Shown: piece after piece, positions 26,016 through 35,772 of the stretch
How the letters are laid out: each line of letters starts with the position of its first letter
How positions within the stretch are numbered: position 1 is the first letter of the stretch
Virus record (IMG/VR): IMGVR_UViG_3300022309_000009
Coordinates: 1-50,072 of that record
Reading direction: 5' to 3' (one strand)
DNA from: a virus
Lineage: Duplodnaviria > Caudoviricetes
Length of the DNA stretch: 50,072 nucleotides
The notes under the pieces: model-generated
Seen by the model: only the letters and a program-made list of their open reading frames with translations
Databases searched by the model: none
What the model was told of the DNA's origin: nothing
Position numbers and translations under genes: made by a program

Positions 26016-26603
26016 GTGGCCTGGTCTGACGACGAGTACATCCTTTCCTTCGATGCCGAGGCCGGAGACATCTCCACGCTGGCGACTGCCGCCCAGAAGA
26101 TTCTCTGGTTCAATGAGGCACAGGCGCGGCTGAATCGGTACGCCGCCCGCACGTTGGACATTACGTGGGCTGCCACAGATCGTTCTGTCCCCATGTCGGC
26201 GGACTTCGTCGCTCTCGACAAGATCGTTCCTGATAGCGACAGTCACGCCGAGGCATGGCGCGTGTATGGCAACGCTCTGGTGATTGACGATCCGCTTGGC
26301 CCTGGTGAGGCTGGCTCTGCGCGGGTCTACTACTGGGGCGAGTGGGCCGTGATGACAACTGCTACGACTGCCACCGAGTTGAGCCTGGCCCAGGACTACG
26401 CTTGTCTTTACTACGCCCTTTCTCGTTTCTACAAGAAGATCGCCTCGAACAGGGCTTACTACAAGAGATACGCGACCCTCGTCGGGCAGAACTCTGCCTC
26501 GATGACCGACTTGCAACAGGAAGCTGACCGCTACTACCAGGACTTTCTGGAGTCTCGCGCCGATCTTGCTCCTGATCCGGCAGCGTTCTTCTACGACACA
26601 TAG
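26016..26603 (+). CDS. Head-tail adaptor-like protein
   Basis: ILWFNEAQARL N-terminal helix and CLYYALSRFY C-terminal helix; position before the nozzle-like gene. Confidence 0.6.
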   Translation: MAWSDDEYILSFDAEAGDISTLATAAQKILWFNEAQARLNRYAARTLDITWAATDRSVPMSADFVALDKIVPDSDSHAEAWRVYGNALVIDDPLGPGEAGSARVYYWGEWAVMTTATTATELSLAQDYACLYYALSRFYKKIASNRAYYKRYATLVGQNSASMTDLQQEADRYYQDFLESRADLAPDPAAFFYDT

Positions 26604-26611
26604 GGGGAGCT

Positions 26612-28570
26612 GTGGCGCTTCCGACCTACGACGCAGCGAAACATCACATCGGCCTGAAGCAAAGCGGCGGGACGAGCTACGGCTTCATGCTCGACGGTGG
26701 CTATGTCAAGGAGATCCAGCGGGAGAAGACCAGCTCTAGCGGGAGTGAGTTTGGTGGACAGACCGACCTGATTGGTCAGGCCCCTTCTCTTTCGCGCTGG
26801 ACGCAGGATGACTTCATTGGTGGCATGTTCGCCTATCAGTGGGGGCGAGACGACGCCATGTTCGCTGACTGCATGAACATGATGCCGTCGCAGCAGGCCC
26901 GCTCACTTATCTCATGTCCTCCGATGTTTCAGAAGGTGGCCATTGATCCCGATACCCAGGCTGGCTGGACTACCGATACGCCGAAGTCGATGTTCATGGT
27001 TGGTGGCTCAATCTACGTCTGTTGGCCACATACGCTGATGCGCTATCAGATCGACTCTGGCACTACGACTTGGGTGGCCCCCGCCACGAACTGTACTTTC
27101 GTAAATGCCGAGTACGAATCTACGGATCAGGTCATCTGGATCGTCAACAACAACTCCGATGCCGCAATCCAGCCGTTTATGCGTCGTGTCAAGACGGATC
27201 TGACTGATCCGTCCTGGTCGATTTCTTTCCCAGGCCCCGCAAATACCTTGACGCACGTTTGCTACGGCGGGACGATTTTCAACCAGTTCGTCGTGATGCA
27301 GATAGGCCGTAAGATTTACATTGGCGATCCTCCCGACAATCCTTCTCCCGATAATGATGGAGTCATGGCTTGGCGGAAGATGGGTCGTCTTCCTGGCCGC
27401 TGGCAAGACTCGCTGGCTTGGAACAACACTCTCTACATCCTCATTAACGATGGTTCTTTCACTTCGCGTATCTATGCCTTTGACGGTGATACAATCACGC
27501 CGATTGTCACTTTCCCGTTCAGCTTCTATGCGAAGTGCATGATCGAGTATGCCGGGCGCATTTTCGTGGGTGGAACTGGCACGGACGTCAATGGTGGTGA
27601 ACACTACGCCGAGTTGTACGAAGTGACTGGCGCTTCGACCCGCCTTGTTCGTTCCTTTTCTCCCGAGACGCGCAACTACTTCCTTGGCGGGGTTGCTGGA
27701 GAGTGGCCGCAGCAGATTGACGACCTGGCCGTGCATGAGGGCTTGCTCTGGATGTGCCAGAAGGGCAAGCGCATGGTTGCCTACGACATCACTAGCGACT
27801 CTTTCTATGGAGCTGCTGAGATTCAGTCGAATGCCAATCTGAACTTCTCGAAGATCATCGCTGGGAGAGGGCGCCTCTGGGCTTTTGGTGTTGACTCTGG
27901 AACCGATGCCGGTCACGGGATTTACCGCATCGCCCAGCCTGCTGATGGTGTTGCTGCTTGGAACCCGACGCTTATCACTTCGGACTTCGCTTACGAGATC
28001 GCCTCGCTGAAGTCCTGGAGCGAGATTCAGGTCTTGAGCCGTTATGGCTCCGTGTCGAGCATCGAGTACAGTGTCAACTCCGGTGATAGCTGGACGGCGC
28101 TTACTGTTGCGAACACAAGTAGCGGCAAGGTCTATTTTGCTTCTGCTCCCCTTTCTGCAATAACTCCGAGCAAGATCATTCGCTTCCGAATCAAGCTGAC
28201 TTCGACTGGTGACGCTGGGGTCGCAGCCACGTATCACCGCGAGCTTGTTGCCTTTACGGTGTCCTTCTCGATGACGAACGAGACGCAGAAGAAGGCGTGG
28301 GGCCTCACGATCAACGGCTCCGAGGAGATCGAAACGCGAGACGCCCTTCTTGACGAGGGCGTTACCCAAACGTATCTTCCTTCTGAGATCCGCTCCCAGC
28401 TCTGGACTTGGGCAAACGGGCAGACTCCACTGACTCTCCGCGATCTGGATGGTGACGACTATACCGTCAAGATCGAGGGCTTCCGCGAGATCATGCCGCT
28501 GGTCGGCCCGAATGCCACTGGCGATACCGAGCCTGAAGCTCAGTATGCGCTGACGCTTCTAGAGGTCTAA
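26612..28570 (+). CDS. Podovirus tail nozzle / tubular-B-like beta-propeller protein
   Basis: 652 aa with repeated beta-propeller-like blades; follows the adaptor. Confidence 0.6.
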   Translation: MALPTYDAAKHHIGLKQSGGTSYGFMLDGGYVKEIQREKTSSSGSEFGGQTDLIGQAPSLSRWTQDDFIGGMFAYQWGRDDAMFADCMNMMPSQQARSLISCPPMFQKVAIDPDTQAGWTTDTPKSMFMVGGSIYVCWPHTLMRYQIDSGTTTWVAPATNCTFVNAEYESTDQVIWIVNNNSDAAIQPFMRRVKTDLTDPSWSISFPGPANTLTHVCYGGTIFNQFVVMQIGRKIYIGDPPDNPSPDNDGVMAWRKMGRLPGRWQDSLAWNNTLYILINDGSFTSRIYAFDGDTITPIVTFPFSFYAKCMIEYAGRIFVGGTGTDVNGGEHYAELYEVTGASTRLVRSFSPETRNYFLGGVAGEWPQQIDDLAVHEGLLWMCQKGKRMVAYDITSDSFYGAAEIQSNANLNFSKIIAGRGRLWAFGVDSGTDAGHGIYRIAQPADGVAAWNPTLITSDFAYEIASLKSWSEIQVLSRYGSVSSIEYSVNSGDSWTALTVANTSSGKVYFASAPLSAITPSKIIRFRIKLTSTGDAGVAATYHRELVAFTVSFSMTNETQKKAWGLTINGSEEIETRDALLDEGVTQTYLPSEIRSQLWTWANGQTPLTLRDLDGDDYTVKIEGFREIMPLVGPNATGDTEPEAQYALTLLEV

Positions 28571-28571
28571 G

Positions 28572-29315
28572 GTGGCTATCAAAGTCCGTCGCTATCGCAG
28601 GAGCGGCGTCGGCAAGTACAAGCTGAAGCAGACTCCCTGGTTCGATCCGAACCCGCAGATACCTGGGACGGAGCCGGAGAAGCGTGTCTTTGCGATGCTC
28701 CAGGAGATGAGGATTTACTTCATCTTCCAGGGGCAAGTTCCTGAGTTCGAGAAGGGAAGTCCGTTCTTCACCCTTGCTCCTCCTGGGTATAAGCCGGACT
28801 TCGTACTTCCTGAATACCGGCTCATCATTGACCCCTTCTCGCCCTTCCATCACTCACTGAAGTCCGCTGTTCAGCGAGACGTTCGCAAGATTGTTGCCTA
28901 CAGCGTGCAGGGCTACGCCTACTATCATCCGTGGGCTATCGCTCCTGGCGTTTGGACGTGGGATCAGTACCACGACTCCCGTAAGTCGATCAAACTGGGC
29001 AAGCAGCGCGTTAAGCTGTACGGCGGGGTTAATGCCGCTCGAAACAAGTACCGGGGCTTCTCCAGGGTCTTGTCCGGTCAGAGGATGGGGACGTACGACA
29101 TGCTTCGTTCTATTCCTGAGATTGTTCGAGGGCCGATCTACAAGCTGACCGACCCAAGGGACATCAAGGCGAAGCAGTCTCCTGGCTACCGCCTCGGACA
29201 GTACATTGGCGCTGGGGCTGATAGTGTTGCTGCTGCCAACGCGGCTCGTGGCAGGAGGGCTGGGACGGCCCTGGGCATTAGATACGGCACTCGTCGTACT
29301 GTTCGTCGCTCGTAA
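28572..29315 (+). CDS. Basic protein with Vsr/DUF559-like endonuclease motifs
   Basis: TEPEKRVF...Q...YKPDFVLPEYRLIID...FHH; Arg/Lys-rich ends. Confidence 0.55.
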   Translation: MAIKVRRYRRSGVGKYKLKQTPWFDPNPQIPGTEPEKRVFAMLQEMRIYFIFQGQVPEFEKGSPFFTLAPPGYKPDFVLPEYRLIIDPFSPFHHSLKSAVQRDVRKIVAYSVQGYAYYHPWAIAPGVWTWDQYHDSRKSIKLGKQRVKLYGGVNAARNKYRGFSRVLSGQRMGTYDMLRSIPEIVRGPIYKLTDPRDIKAKQSPGYRLGQYIGAGADSVAAANAARGRRAGTALGIRYGTRRTVRRS

Positions 29316-29320
29316 GCCCG

Positions 29321-29340
29321 TCCTACACGACATGTATGAT
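29321..29340 (+). promoter_or_regulatory. Phage promoter motif copy (leaderless lysin mRNA)
   Basis: TCCTACA-CGACA-TGTATGAT, 7 nt before ATG 29348. Confidence 0.75.
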
Positions 29341-29347
29341 TCGTGCC

Positions 29348-30163
29348 ATGGAGGGTTTCGATGTCCATGGGGACAAGGGTCGAATCGACTGGGCAAAGGC
29401 CCGTGCTGATGGACATTCGTTTGCTTTTGTGAAGGCGAGCGAGGGCGCGACCTTTGTCGATGCTCGGATCGCCGAGAATCTCTCGGGTGGGGCGAAGGCT
29501 GGCCTTCTCGTCGGCCCGTATCACTATGCCCGCCCCGACAACCGTCCGAATCTGTACGGTGCGAAGATAGAAGCCAACTTTTTCTGCAAGGTCATCGCCG
29601 CCGCTGGCTACAACAAGGTGATTCATGGCCGACCCGTGTTGGACATCGAGGTCGGTGGTGGTGATCTGTCTGCCTGGGCAAACGCTTTCTGTTCGTGGGT
29701 TGAGGAGCTGACCGGAGTGTCGCCGATCATTTACTCCTACACTTACTTTGTTCGTTCCCACTTGCAAGCGCCGTACCTTGCTGATCGTTTGCTGTGGCTG
29801 GCCAACTACGGGCCGAACGACGGCTCCCGCCATGAGATTCCCTCCGGTGAGGCGCCCTGGCCAAACTGGACGGTGCATCAGTACACGTCGCGAGGCTCTG
29901 TCTCTGGTGTGAGCGGCAATGCTGACCGCAACTTTACTGACTCTCTGTCTCCGCTCCGCGCCTTTGAGTCTGAGGGTAAGCCGATGTGGCTGTGGATTCG
30001 TTGGAAACGTGGGCATGGTGAGTTCAAGCCGTTCGGGAAGTCCAACCCAGCAGTCCGCCCCGACGTCCCGAAGAAGATTCCCGCTGCCTGGTGGGCGCGG
30101 CTCCTTCTGAACATGGGTATTCACCCCCTTGGTGGCGGAGCCTGGAAGAGGACGGTTCAGTAA
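29348..30163 (+). CDS. Endolysin, GH25 muramidase
   Basis: GFDV...IDW...FVKASEG...GPYHY...LDIE...LWLANY...HQYTS...DRN; Trp-rich C-terminal domain. Confidence 0.92.
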   Translation: MEGFDVHGDKGRIDWAKARADGHSFAFVKASEGATFVDARIAENLSGGAKAGLLVGPYHYARPDNRPNLYGAKIEANFFCKVIAAAGYNKVIHGRPVLDIEVGGGDLSAWANAFCSWVEELTGVSPIIYSYTYFVRSHLQAPYLADRLLWLANYGPNDGSRHEIPSGEAPWPNWTVHQYTSRGSVSGVSGNADRNFTDSLSPLRAFESEGKPMWLWIRWKRGHGEFKPFGKSNPAVRPDVPKKIPAAWWARLLLNMGIHPLGGGAWKRTVQ

Positions 30164-30411
30164 TGCAGGCCAAAACCAATCTGGTCAAGGCTGTGATCGT
30201 CTTCGTCCTTCTCGGAGTTTCCATTGCCTTGCTTTTCGTCCCGACCGTCGATGGGTCAGACGAAGTCAAGGGCATGTTCGTGATGCTCACTGGCATCGCT
30301 GTCCGAGACTTCTTCAGCGCGATTCAGCAGGACAAGAAGGTCGCTGCGCTGAGGGAAGCGTACGACCCGGCTCCAGCCAAAAGCTACGTGCGTGGGGATG
30401 ACGAGGCTTAG
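30163..30411 (+). CDS. Putative holin (2 TM)
   Basis: Two hydrophobic segments; coupled to the endolysin stop. Confidence 0.65.
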   Translation: MQAKTNLVKAVIVFVLLGVSIALLFVPTVDGSDEVKGMFVMLTGIAVRDFFSAIQQDKKVAALREAYDPAPAKSYVRGDDEA

Positions 30412-30416
30412 GTGCC

Positions 30417-30668
30417 ATGCTTCATCACGACGATAGGGAAGCTTCGGATGCCGTGGAGGGACTAAGGAAATCTTCTCCCGAGCTGGCGACTCTCTTCGAC
30501 GCTTTACGTGCTGAGTTCGACGCCAAGCTGTCGTCTCTCAAGGCATGGGGTGTTGCGATGTGTCTCGGCGGTGGCGCCGTTGGTGGCTTCGCTGCCTCCC
30601 TCACTGAGATTGCACGGCCCGGCACCGTAACCGCTGTTGCTGGGGCGGTTGAGAGGCTTCTCAGTTGA
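30417..30668 (+). CDS. Small membrane protein of the lysis cassette
   Basis: Coiled coil plus one hydrophobic segment. Confidence 0.5.
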   Translation: MLHHDDREASDAVEGLRKSSPELATLFDALRAEFDAKLSSLKAWGVAMCLGGGAVGGFAASLTEIARPGTVTAVAGAVERLLS

Positions 30669-30687
30669 AGTCCTGGCGCGTAGATCG

Positions 30688-30891
30688 TTAGTGACGAGCT
30701 GCTTCGAGAGCAATCTCTCGTAGCACGGCGGCGATTGCCGCCTCGGCCTTTTCGCGCTTGAGACGATCAACGTCTCGATTCAGGATGTTACCCCGCACGG
30801 GGTAGAGCTTCGAGGCCGCCTCTGCGGCGATGCCGACGAAGGGCTTGCAGGCGATGATGTGGTTGTTGGCGGAGACGACTGCGAAGTACAT
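30688..30891 (-). CDS. Hypothetical protein
   Basis: TAATG overlap with an upstream micro-ORF (30891-31001). Confidence 0.5.
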   Translation of the reverse strand: MYFAVVSANNHIIACKPFVGIAAEAASKLYPVRGNILNRDVDRLKREKAEAAIAAVLREIALEAARH

Positions 30892-31002
30892 TAGGCGATC
30901 ACCCATAGCACCGGAAAGCAGAGGCCCAAGCCCATCATCATGCGGGTGAGAGTGCTGGTTACGATGGGCGGTGCGCCGATCTGGGAGAGCAGGAGGCTCA
31001 TC

Positions 31003-31710
31003 CTAGAACGCTGTTACTTCGGCCCATTTGACAAGGAAGGTTGCGATCCAGGTTCCTGTTGCTGGGACGGTGGCACGTATTGAGATGCCCTCGTTTTGCG
31101 CCAGGACAACCGGATGTTCTCCTCCGCCAATGTCAGGGTGCATTAACTCAACGCCCGATCCACCCGTCCCTGATGTTCCTCCGCCCTTCGGGATGAAGAA
31201 CTCGGCGATTGCGGGTGTGCTGCCGACGTTTCCGAAGCACGCACCCATAGGCACGGTGTCGAAGGTTTTTGTTCCGGCTCCAAGAGCTGCGGTGGTCGCA
31301 AGGCGAAAGCCTGTCGAGAAGAGACTGGCACCCATGGCTGCCGCGCGAGCTTGGAGCTGTGGATCTGCAACGCTGACCACTCCGCCTCCGGTGCCGTCTG
31401 CCGACCAGGCGGTCGAGCGGATGACGTTGAAGTTGTATGGCCCTGCTGCAAACGCGGTAGTGATGTTTCTGAACTCCAGTACTGTGATTTCCTGGATGAT
31501 GCAGAATCTCGTTGCATCTACCCACCGCATCTGGACGAGTTCTCCGTTTGCTGCCATGCCTGCTGCGATGGTGCCGGTCGTAAGCACTCCTCGGTAATGG
31601 CCGAGAGCGCCGTAGTCTTGTGGTTTCTGGATGACGTGGAAACCCTTAGCCGCGAAGGCTCCTACTTCAGCAACATTGCCACCCGCACCTTGTATCTGAA
31701 GTCCGGCCAT
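31003..31710 (-). CDS. Putative virion structural protein
   Basis: G/A/T-rich beta protein ending in WAEVTAF; own promoter motif. Confidence 0.7.
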   Translation of the reverse strand: MAGLQIQGAGGNVAEVGAFAAKGFHVIQKPQDYGALGHYRGVLTTGTIAAGMAANGELVQMRWVDATRFCIIQEITVLEFRNITTAFAAGPYNFNVIRSTAWSADGTGGGVVSVADPQLQARAAAMGASLFSTGFRLATTAALGAGTKTFDTVPMGACFGNVGSTPAIAEFFIPKGGGTSGTGGSGVELMHPDIGGGEHPVVLAQNEGISIRATVPATGTWIATFLVKWAEVTAF

Positions 31711-31718
31711 GTCTGCCT

Positions 31719-31738
31719 ATCTTACCATCGCCGTAGGA
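31719..31738 (-). promoter_or_regulatory. Phage promoter motif copy
   Basis: Minus strand TCCTACG-GCGAT-GGTAAGAT, 8 nt before ATG 31710. Confidence 0.7.
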
Positions 31739-31745
31739 CGTCCGG

Positions 31746-32120
31746 CTAGTTCCAAACCCACCAAACGCTGAACTGGCCCACGAACATGGGAGGGCTTTGT
31801 CTAGCTATGTTGATCTTCCGCCCGAGCTTTTTTGATGAAAGACCCCCAAAAGGGTCTTCGGGCTGGCCTTCAATCGGTGGGATCACATTGTTGGTGTTTA
31901 TGCCGTAGATGCGTATGTTCCCGGCGGAGACGTATAGACCGACTACTTTCATCTGGGCTGCGACGTGGTCTTCGGCGGTGTGGTCTGCTGTGTCCACCGG
32001 GCGTATCCAGGCTTCGACCGCTGACGTAGAGATTACTCCGGCTGTCACAACGTCGGTGTAGGCGACGTTCGAGCCTGGGAAGGCCCCAAAGTCGAGTGTG
32101 GCTGTGCCTTGAGCGCCCAT
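31746..32120 (-). CDS. Putative virion protein
   Basis: MGAQGTATLDFGAFPG...GQFSVWWVWN. Confidence 0.7.
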   Translation of the reverse strand: MGAQGTATLDFGAFPGSNVAYTDVVTAGVISTSAVEAWIRPVDTADHTAEDHVAAQMKVVGLYVSAGNIRIYGINTNNVIPPIEGQPEDPFGGLSSKKLGRKINIARQSPPMFVGQFSVWWVWN

Positions 32121-33914
32121 TTATGCCTCCGTGACGTAGAGGATCGTGCCGCGTGCGGCTCCTCCGGTGGTGATGATGTTGAGCGTTTCGTTGGCGATGC
32201 TTTCCCAGAAGGGGCATTCGGGCAAGTTGGGAATGACGAAGCCCGCTCCGGCCTTAAGATCCATCGGGCCTGAGAGGTCGCCGCTCGTCCCTCCGTTGAA
32301 CTTGAGCGTTCCGTCTGCGCTGATAGTGAGGATGACGCCGACTACCTTGTGCTTGTTGCCTCCTGATGCTGCTGCGATCAGAGTTGTGCCTGCCGCCCCC
32401 TGGTTGACTACTGCGCGGAGGACTGTCTTGCCGTGCTGGTTTGCCTGCGAAACAGGTACGGCAGTTGCGCGGAGCTGGGTGTCTGTTAGTGGGCCTGACA
32501 CTGGAAGCGTGGCGATTGGAGCTGCGCCGTCCGATAGCCGCACGAAGACGGGCGTCCCTACCGGCGCATCGACCGTGAGTGAAGCTGCGTTGTCTGTCAC
32601 GGGCAGCGCCGACTGGTTCGATGCCAGTGTCACCGGCAGGCTGGCTGCCATCGTGGTCTGGCCTAGCGCGGCAGGCATCCTCTCGAAGGCCCACTTTACG
32701 AGTCCTCTGAGTTTGCCGGACACTGTTCCTGTTGTGTCTGTGATGACTGCTGCGTCTGTCGTGTTTCCTTCGGTTACGTCTACCCCGGCAGCAATGGAGA
32801 TTGGGACTGCGGAGGCTCTGAGTTGCGTGTCTGTCAGCGGGCCTGATGCCGTGACTGTGCCGCTGACAGGTACGGCCGTGGCTCTGAGCTGCGTGTCGGT
32901 GAGCGGGCCGTCCACCGTGATGCTGCCCCCGTTGTCCGTTACTGGCCACGGCCCCGAACCGGCGTCGGCGGTTATGGTGCCTCCTACCTGGACTGATCCA
33001 GATGGAGCGACTTTTACGTCTACAAATGCTCCGCCGCCTGCCGTTGTGCGGCCCATGATGGCCGAACGTGTGTAGATCGCCGCTTCATCGAGTTCCACGG
33101 TGGCGTCCAGAGGTTCCTTGCGCGGGGTGTTGACTCCGAAGCTGAGAATGGTCTGAAGGCGAAAGATGCTCTGAGCTGAGCCGGTGTTCGTGTAGACCAC
33201 TCGGAAGTATCTTGCTCTTGGGAGGAGTTGAAAGGTTCGCCCGACGCTCGCCTGGAGATCGTAAGTCTCGATGTGATCCCAGTTGCTCCCATCCGAAGAC
33301 CACTGGAAAGAAATGCCGTTGGACGCTGATGCCTTGTCCGAAAAGATGTTTACGACGATGGAGCGAGTGTTGAGGAGTTCAACGCTCGCTCCTGTGAAAG
33401 TTCCGGAGCTACCAAGGGTGGCCGTGCTGGAGTTTCCCGTGTCGATTACGTCAGGGGCATCAATGGTCAGTGATCCCGAGTTGTCTGTGATTGGTAGGGC
33501 GTCTTGATCGGATGCAATGACGACTGGGAAGCTGGCGGTCTTGGCTTTCTGCCCGAGGGATGCTGGCATCCGCTCGTAGGCCCACTTCACTAGTCCGCGT
33601 AGCTTGCCCGAGACGGTTCCGTTCGCGTCGGTCACTATCGCTGCGTCTGTTGTTGCTCCTTGGGCTACGTCGGCCCCATCGGCGATGGTGGCCGGGCCTC
33701 CTCCTCCGCCTCCTCCTCCGCCCGCTGTGATGAGCTTGCCGTCTACGTCAACCTGAATGTCTTGGTAGACAAGCCCATCGACGTAGAAACCCTGTAGTCG
33801 GGCTGCGGTCAGCTCTCCCGAAAGACCATCTCCGAAGTTTCGCTCGCCTCTGAAAACGAGGTCGCCTTCCTTCGTCCGCTTGGTGTTCGGATCGGGATAG
33901 TTTTCTCTCGCCAT
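32121..33914 (-). CDS. Fibre-like virion protein with repeats
   Basis: GPLTDTQLRA(T/S)AVP three times; TTDAAxxTDxxGTVSGKLRGLVKWAxERMPAxLGQ twice. Confidence 0.75.
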   Translation of the reverse strand: MARENYPDPNTKRTKEGDLVFRGERNFGDGLSGELTAARLQGFYVDGLVYQDIQVDVDGKLITAGGGGGGGGGPATIADGADVAQGATTDAAIVTDANGTVSGKLRGLVKWAYERMPASLGQKAKTASFPVVIASDQDALPITDNSGSLTIDAPDVIDTGNSSTATLGSSGTFTGASVELLNTRSIVVNIFSDKASASNGISFQWSSDGSNWDHIETYDLQASVGRTFQLLPRARYFRVVYTNTGSAQSIFRLQTILSFGVNTPRKEPLDATVELDEAAIYTRSAIMGRTTAGGGAFVDVKVAPSGSVQVGGTITADAGSGPWPVTDNGGSITVDGPLTDTQLRATAVPVSGTVTASGPLTDTQLRASAVPISIAAGVDVTEGNTTDAAVITDTTGTVSGKLRGLVKWAFERMPAALGQTTMAASLPVTLASNQSALPVTDNAASLTVDAPVGTPVFVRLSDGAAPIATLPVSGPLTDTQLRATAVPVSQANQHGKTVLRAVVNQGAAGTTLIAAASGGNKHKVVGVILTISADGTLKFNGGTSGDLSGPMDLKAGAGFVIPNLPECPFWESIANETLNIITTGGAARGTILYVTEA

Positions 33915-33923
33915 ACTAGGTGA

Positions 33924-33943
33924 ATCATACCGTTCGCGTAGGT
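33924..33943 (-). promoter_or_regulatory. Phage promoter motif copy (divergent pair)
   Basis: Minus strand ACCTACG-CGAAC-GGTATGAT, 9 nt before ATG 33914. Confidence 0.65.
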
Positions 33944-33968
33944 CGTCTTCCTGGTTGTGTATGTGCCG

Positions 33969-33988
33969 TCCTACCTCTCGTGTAGGCT
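33969..33988 (+). promoter_or_regulatory. Phage promoter motif copy (divergent pair)
   Basis: TCCTACC-TCTCG-TGTAGGCT upstream of ORF 34021. Confidence 0.65.
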
Positions 33989-34020
33989 TGCCCTGCGTGA
34001 ATCAGAACAGGAGGTAGGCC

Positions 34021-34245
34021 GTGGAGGTCAAGAATGCACAGGACTTGGAGTTGGCGGAGGTTCTTGTCCAGCTTCGCGGGAGTCTTGACCGAGAGGATGT
34101 AGAGCATCTTCTCAAGGTCGCGCTTGTCAACGCCCTTGAGCTGACGACTCCTGGGTGGCGTGAGAACGGCCCGCTCATTGATCGACTTAAGGAGATCGGC
34201 GCGGCGCAGGCTGCCAAAAATCTCCTCGACAGGTACGGGCTATGA
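34021..34245 (+). CDS. Hypothetical protein
   Basis: AGGAGGT RBS. Confidence 0.65.
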   Translation: MEVKNAQDLELAEVLVQLRGSLDREDVEHLLKVALVNALELTTPGWRENGPLIDRLKEIGAAQAAKNLLDRYGL

Positions 34246-34326
34246 AGTTCCTCGTTGGAGTCTTTGTCGGCTCGCTGATCTCGTACGGCGTCGCTGTGTA
34301 CATCCTCTTCAAGGGATTGAATCATC

Positions 34327-35367
34327 GTGTCTGGTAGAGGCCCCGCCGCCAGGGAGCCGTTCAGCTCTGAGCGGATCAGTCCCTCGCGTGTCAACGCCTA
34401 CCTGACGTGCGGTGTGGCCTTCGAGATGAAGTACATCCAGGGCCTGCCCGAGCAGGCGTCGGGTTCTTCCGCTCTCTTCGGCTCTGTCTGCCACGAGGCT
34501 CTTGAGAAGTGGGCTGTCAACCGCGAGCAGGACTTGGTTCAGCTCATGTCTCAGGCGTGGTTGAGCGTGACTGAGGGGACGCCGGTCGCTGGCTTCATCG
34601 GTGCCTACCAGTCCCTCTCCGTTCGAGCCATGAAGAAGGAGCAGGAGATTCGCAACGACTGGGCTGCCAACGGCAAGGAGTCTAAGGCTCCGCGCATGAC
34701 TGCGGCCTGGAAGCACTCGGACATTGCGAAGGAGATCGAGGCGCTGCTTGCCAAGTGGCTACCCAAGCTCCGCGCTGAGTCTCCCTGGAAGTTTTCTGAC
34801 CGCGACCCGCTGCCGACTCTCTACGACGAGTCGCTCATCCTTGCCAAGAAGTACGCCCGTAAGTGGGGGCATCTGGACAACGCTCTCTATACGGAGTTCG
34901 GTTTCAACGTCGATTGGCGCGGCTTCGTGCTGCATGGCTACATCGACACCATCGAGGCGGTCTACGGCGACGACTACATGCTTGAGGCGTACCTCGTCAA
35001 CGACTACAAGACTTACCGAGCCGAGCCTGCCGAGCAGAAGGACTGGCGGCAGGTAGTCATCTACGACGTCGCCATCCGTGACCTGATCGAGCGAGGCGCG
35101 TTGGATCTTGACCCGACTGTCCCGATCCGTGTCTGTCTCGACTACGTGCGGCTGCTTGAGCGTCGCTACTGGCAGATCGGCGAGGCCGATCACGAGCAGC
35201 TCTTCAAGGAGCTGACCATGTACCGCAAGGGTGTGGACGCCGAGGTCTTTCTTCCGGCCAGCAAGAACCAGAACCCCGACTTCTGCCCCTTCCCTGAGAA
35301 CTGTTGCATGAGGACGAAGGGCGAGGGGCTGGGGAGCCGGATCGAGATGAATCAGGAGGCCGACTGA
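34327..35367 (+). CDS. PD-(D/E)XK RecB/Cas4-like exonuclease
   Basis: ISPSRVNAYLTC, FGSVCHEALE, GYIDTI, DYKT, QVVIY, C-terminal FCPF..C. Confidence 0.88.
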   Translation: MSGRGPAAREPFSSERISPSRVNAYLTCGVAFEMKYIQGLPEQASGSSALFGSVCHEALEKWAVNREQDLVQLMSQAWLSVTEGTPVAGFIGAYQSLSVRAMKKEQEIRNDWAANGKESKAPRMTAAWKHSDIAKEIEALLAKWLPKLRAESPWKFSDRDPLPTLYDESLILAKKYARKWGHLDNALYTEFGFNVDWRGFVLHGYIDTIEAVYGDDYMLEAYLVNDYKTYRAEPAEQKDWRQVVIYDVAIRDLIERGALDLDPTVPIRVCLDYVRLLERRYWQIGEADHEQLFKELTMYRKGVDAEVFLPASKNQNPDFCPFPENCCMRTKGEGLGSRIEMNQEAD

Positions 35368-35609
35368 TGCAGGCGCTTTCCGATTTAGCTCCTTGGTGTG
35401 AGTTTTGTAACGAGAAGCTCTCTATCGGCCCGAACGTCGATGGTAGCGAAGCCTGCGCTGACTGTGCGGCTGAGCTGATCGCCGCTCACGCCAAGTATGA
35501 GGCGGAGATGGCTGAGGTCGCCGGTCTTCACTTTGGCCCGAGCCGCGCCCAGCGACGGCAGATGAGGCGCAAGCATCGTCTTCACAACGATGGGAGGCCG
35601 AGATCGTGA
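35367..35609 (+). CDS. Small Zn-ribbon protein
   Basis: CEFC...CADC; AGGAGG RBS. Confidence 0.6.
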   Translation: MQALSDLAPWCEFCNEKLSIGPNVDGSEACADCAAELIAAHAKYEAEMAEVAGLHFGPSRAQRRQMRRKHRLHNDGRPRS

Positions 35610-35772
35610 GACGGAAACGAGCCAAGTCCGAGTACGTTAAGCAGTTGGAGCAGCACCGTGAGCGATGCAATGAGCGTCATCCGAACTGGCATGGCGTTCG
35701 TTGCGAGCGGCAGGACAACGATCACTACGTTCACACGGGCGAGGATCGCAACTACGAGTGGGTCGATAGAAA

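Noticed and set aside
32121-33914. Repeats in fibre genes as DGR template/variable regions
   Set aside because: Repeats are in-frame with synonymous divergence, not adenine-specific; no reverse transcriptase in the window
34327-35367. Cas4-like gene as sign of a CRISPR system
   Set aside because: No repeat-spacer array or other cas genes; ordinary phage recombination exonuclease
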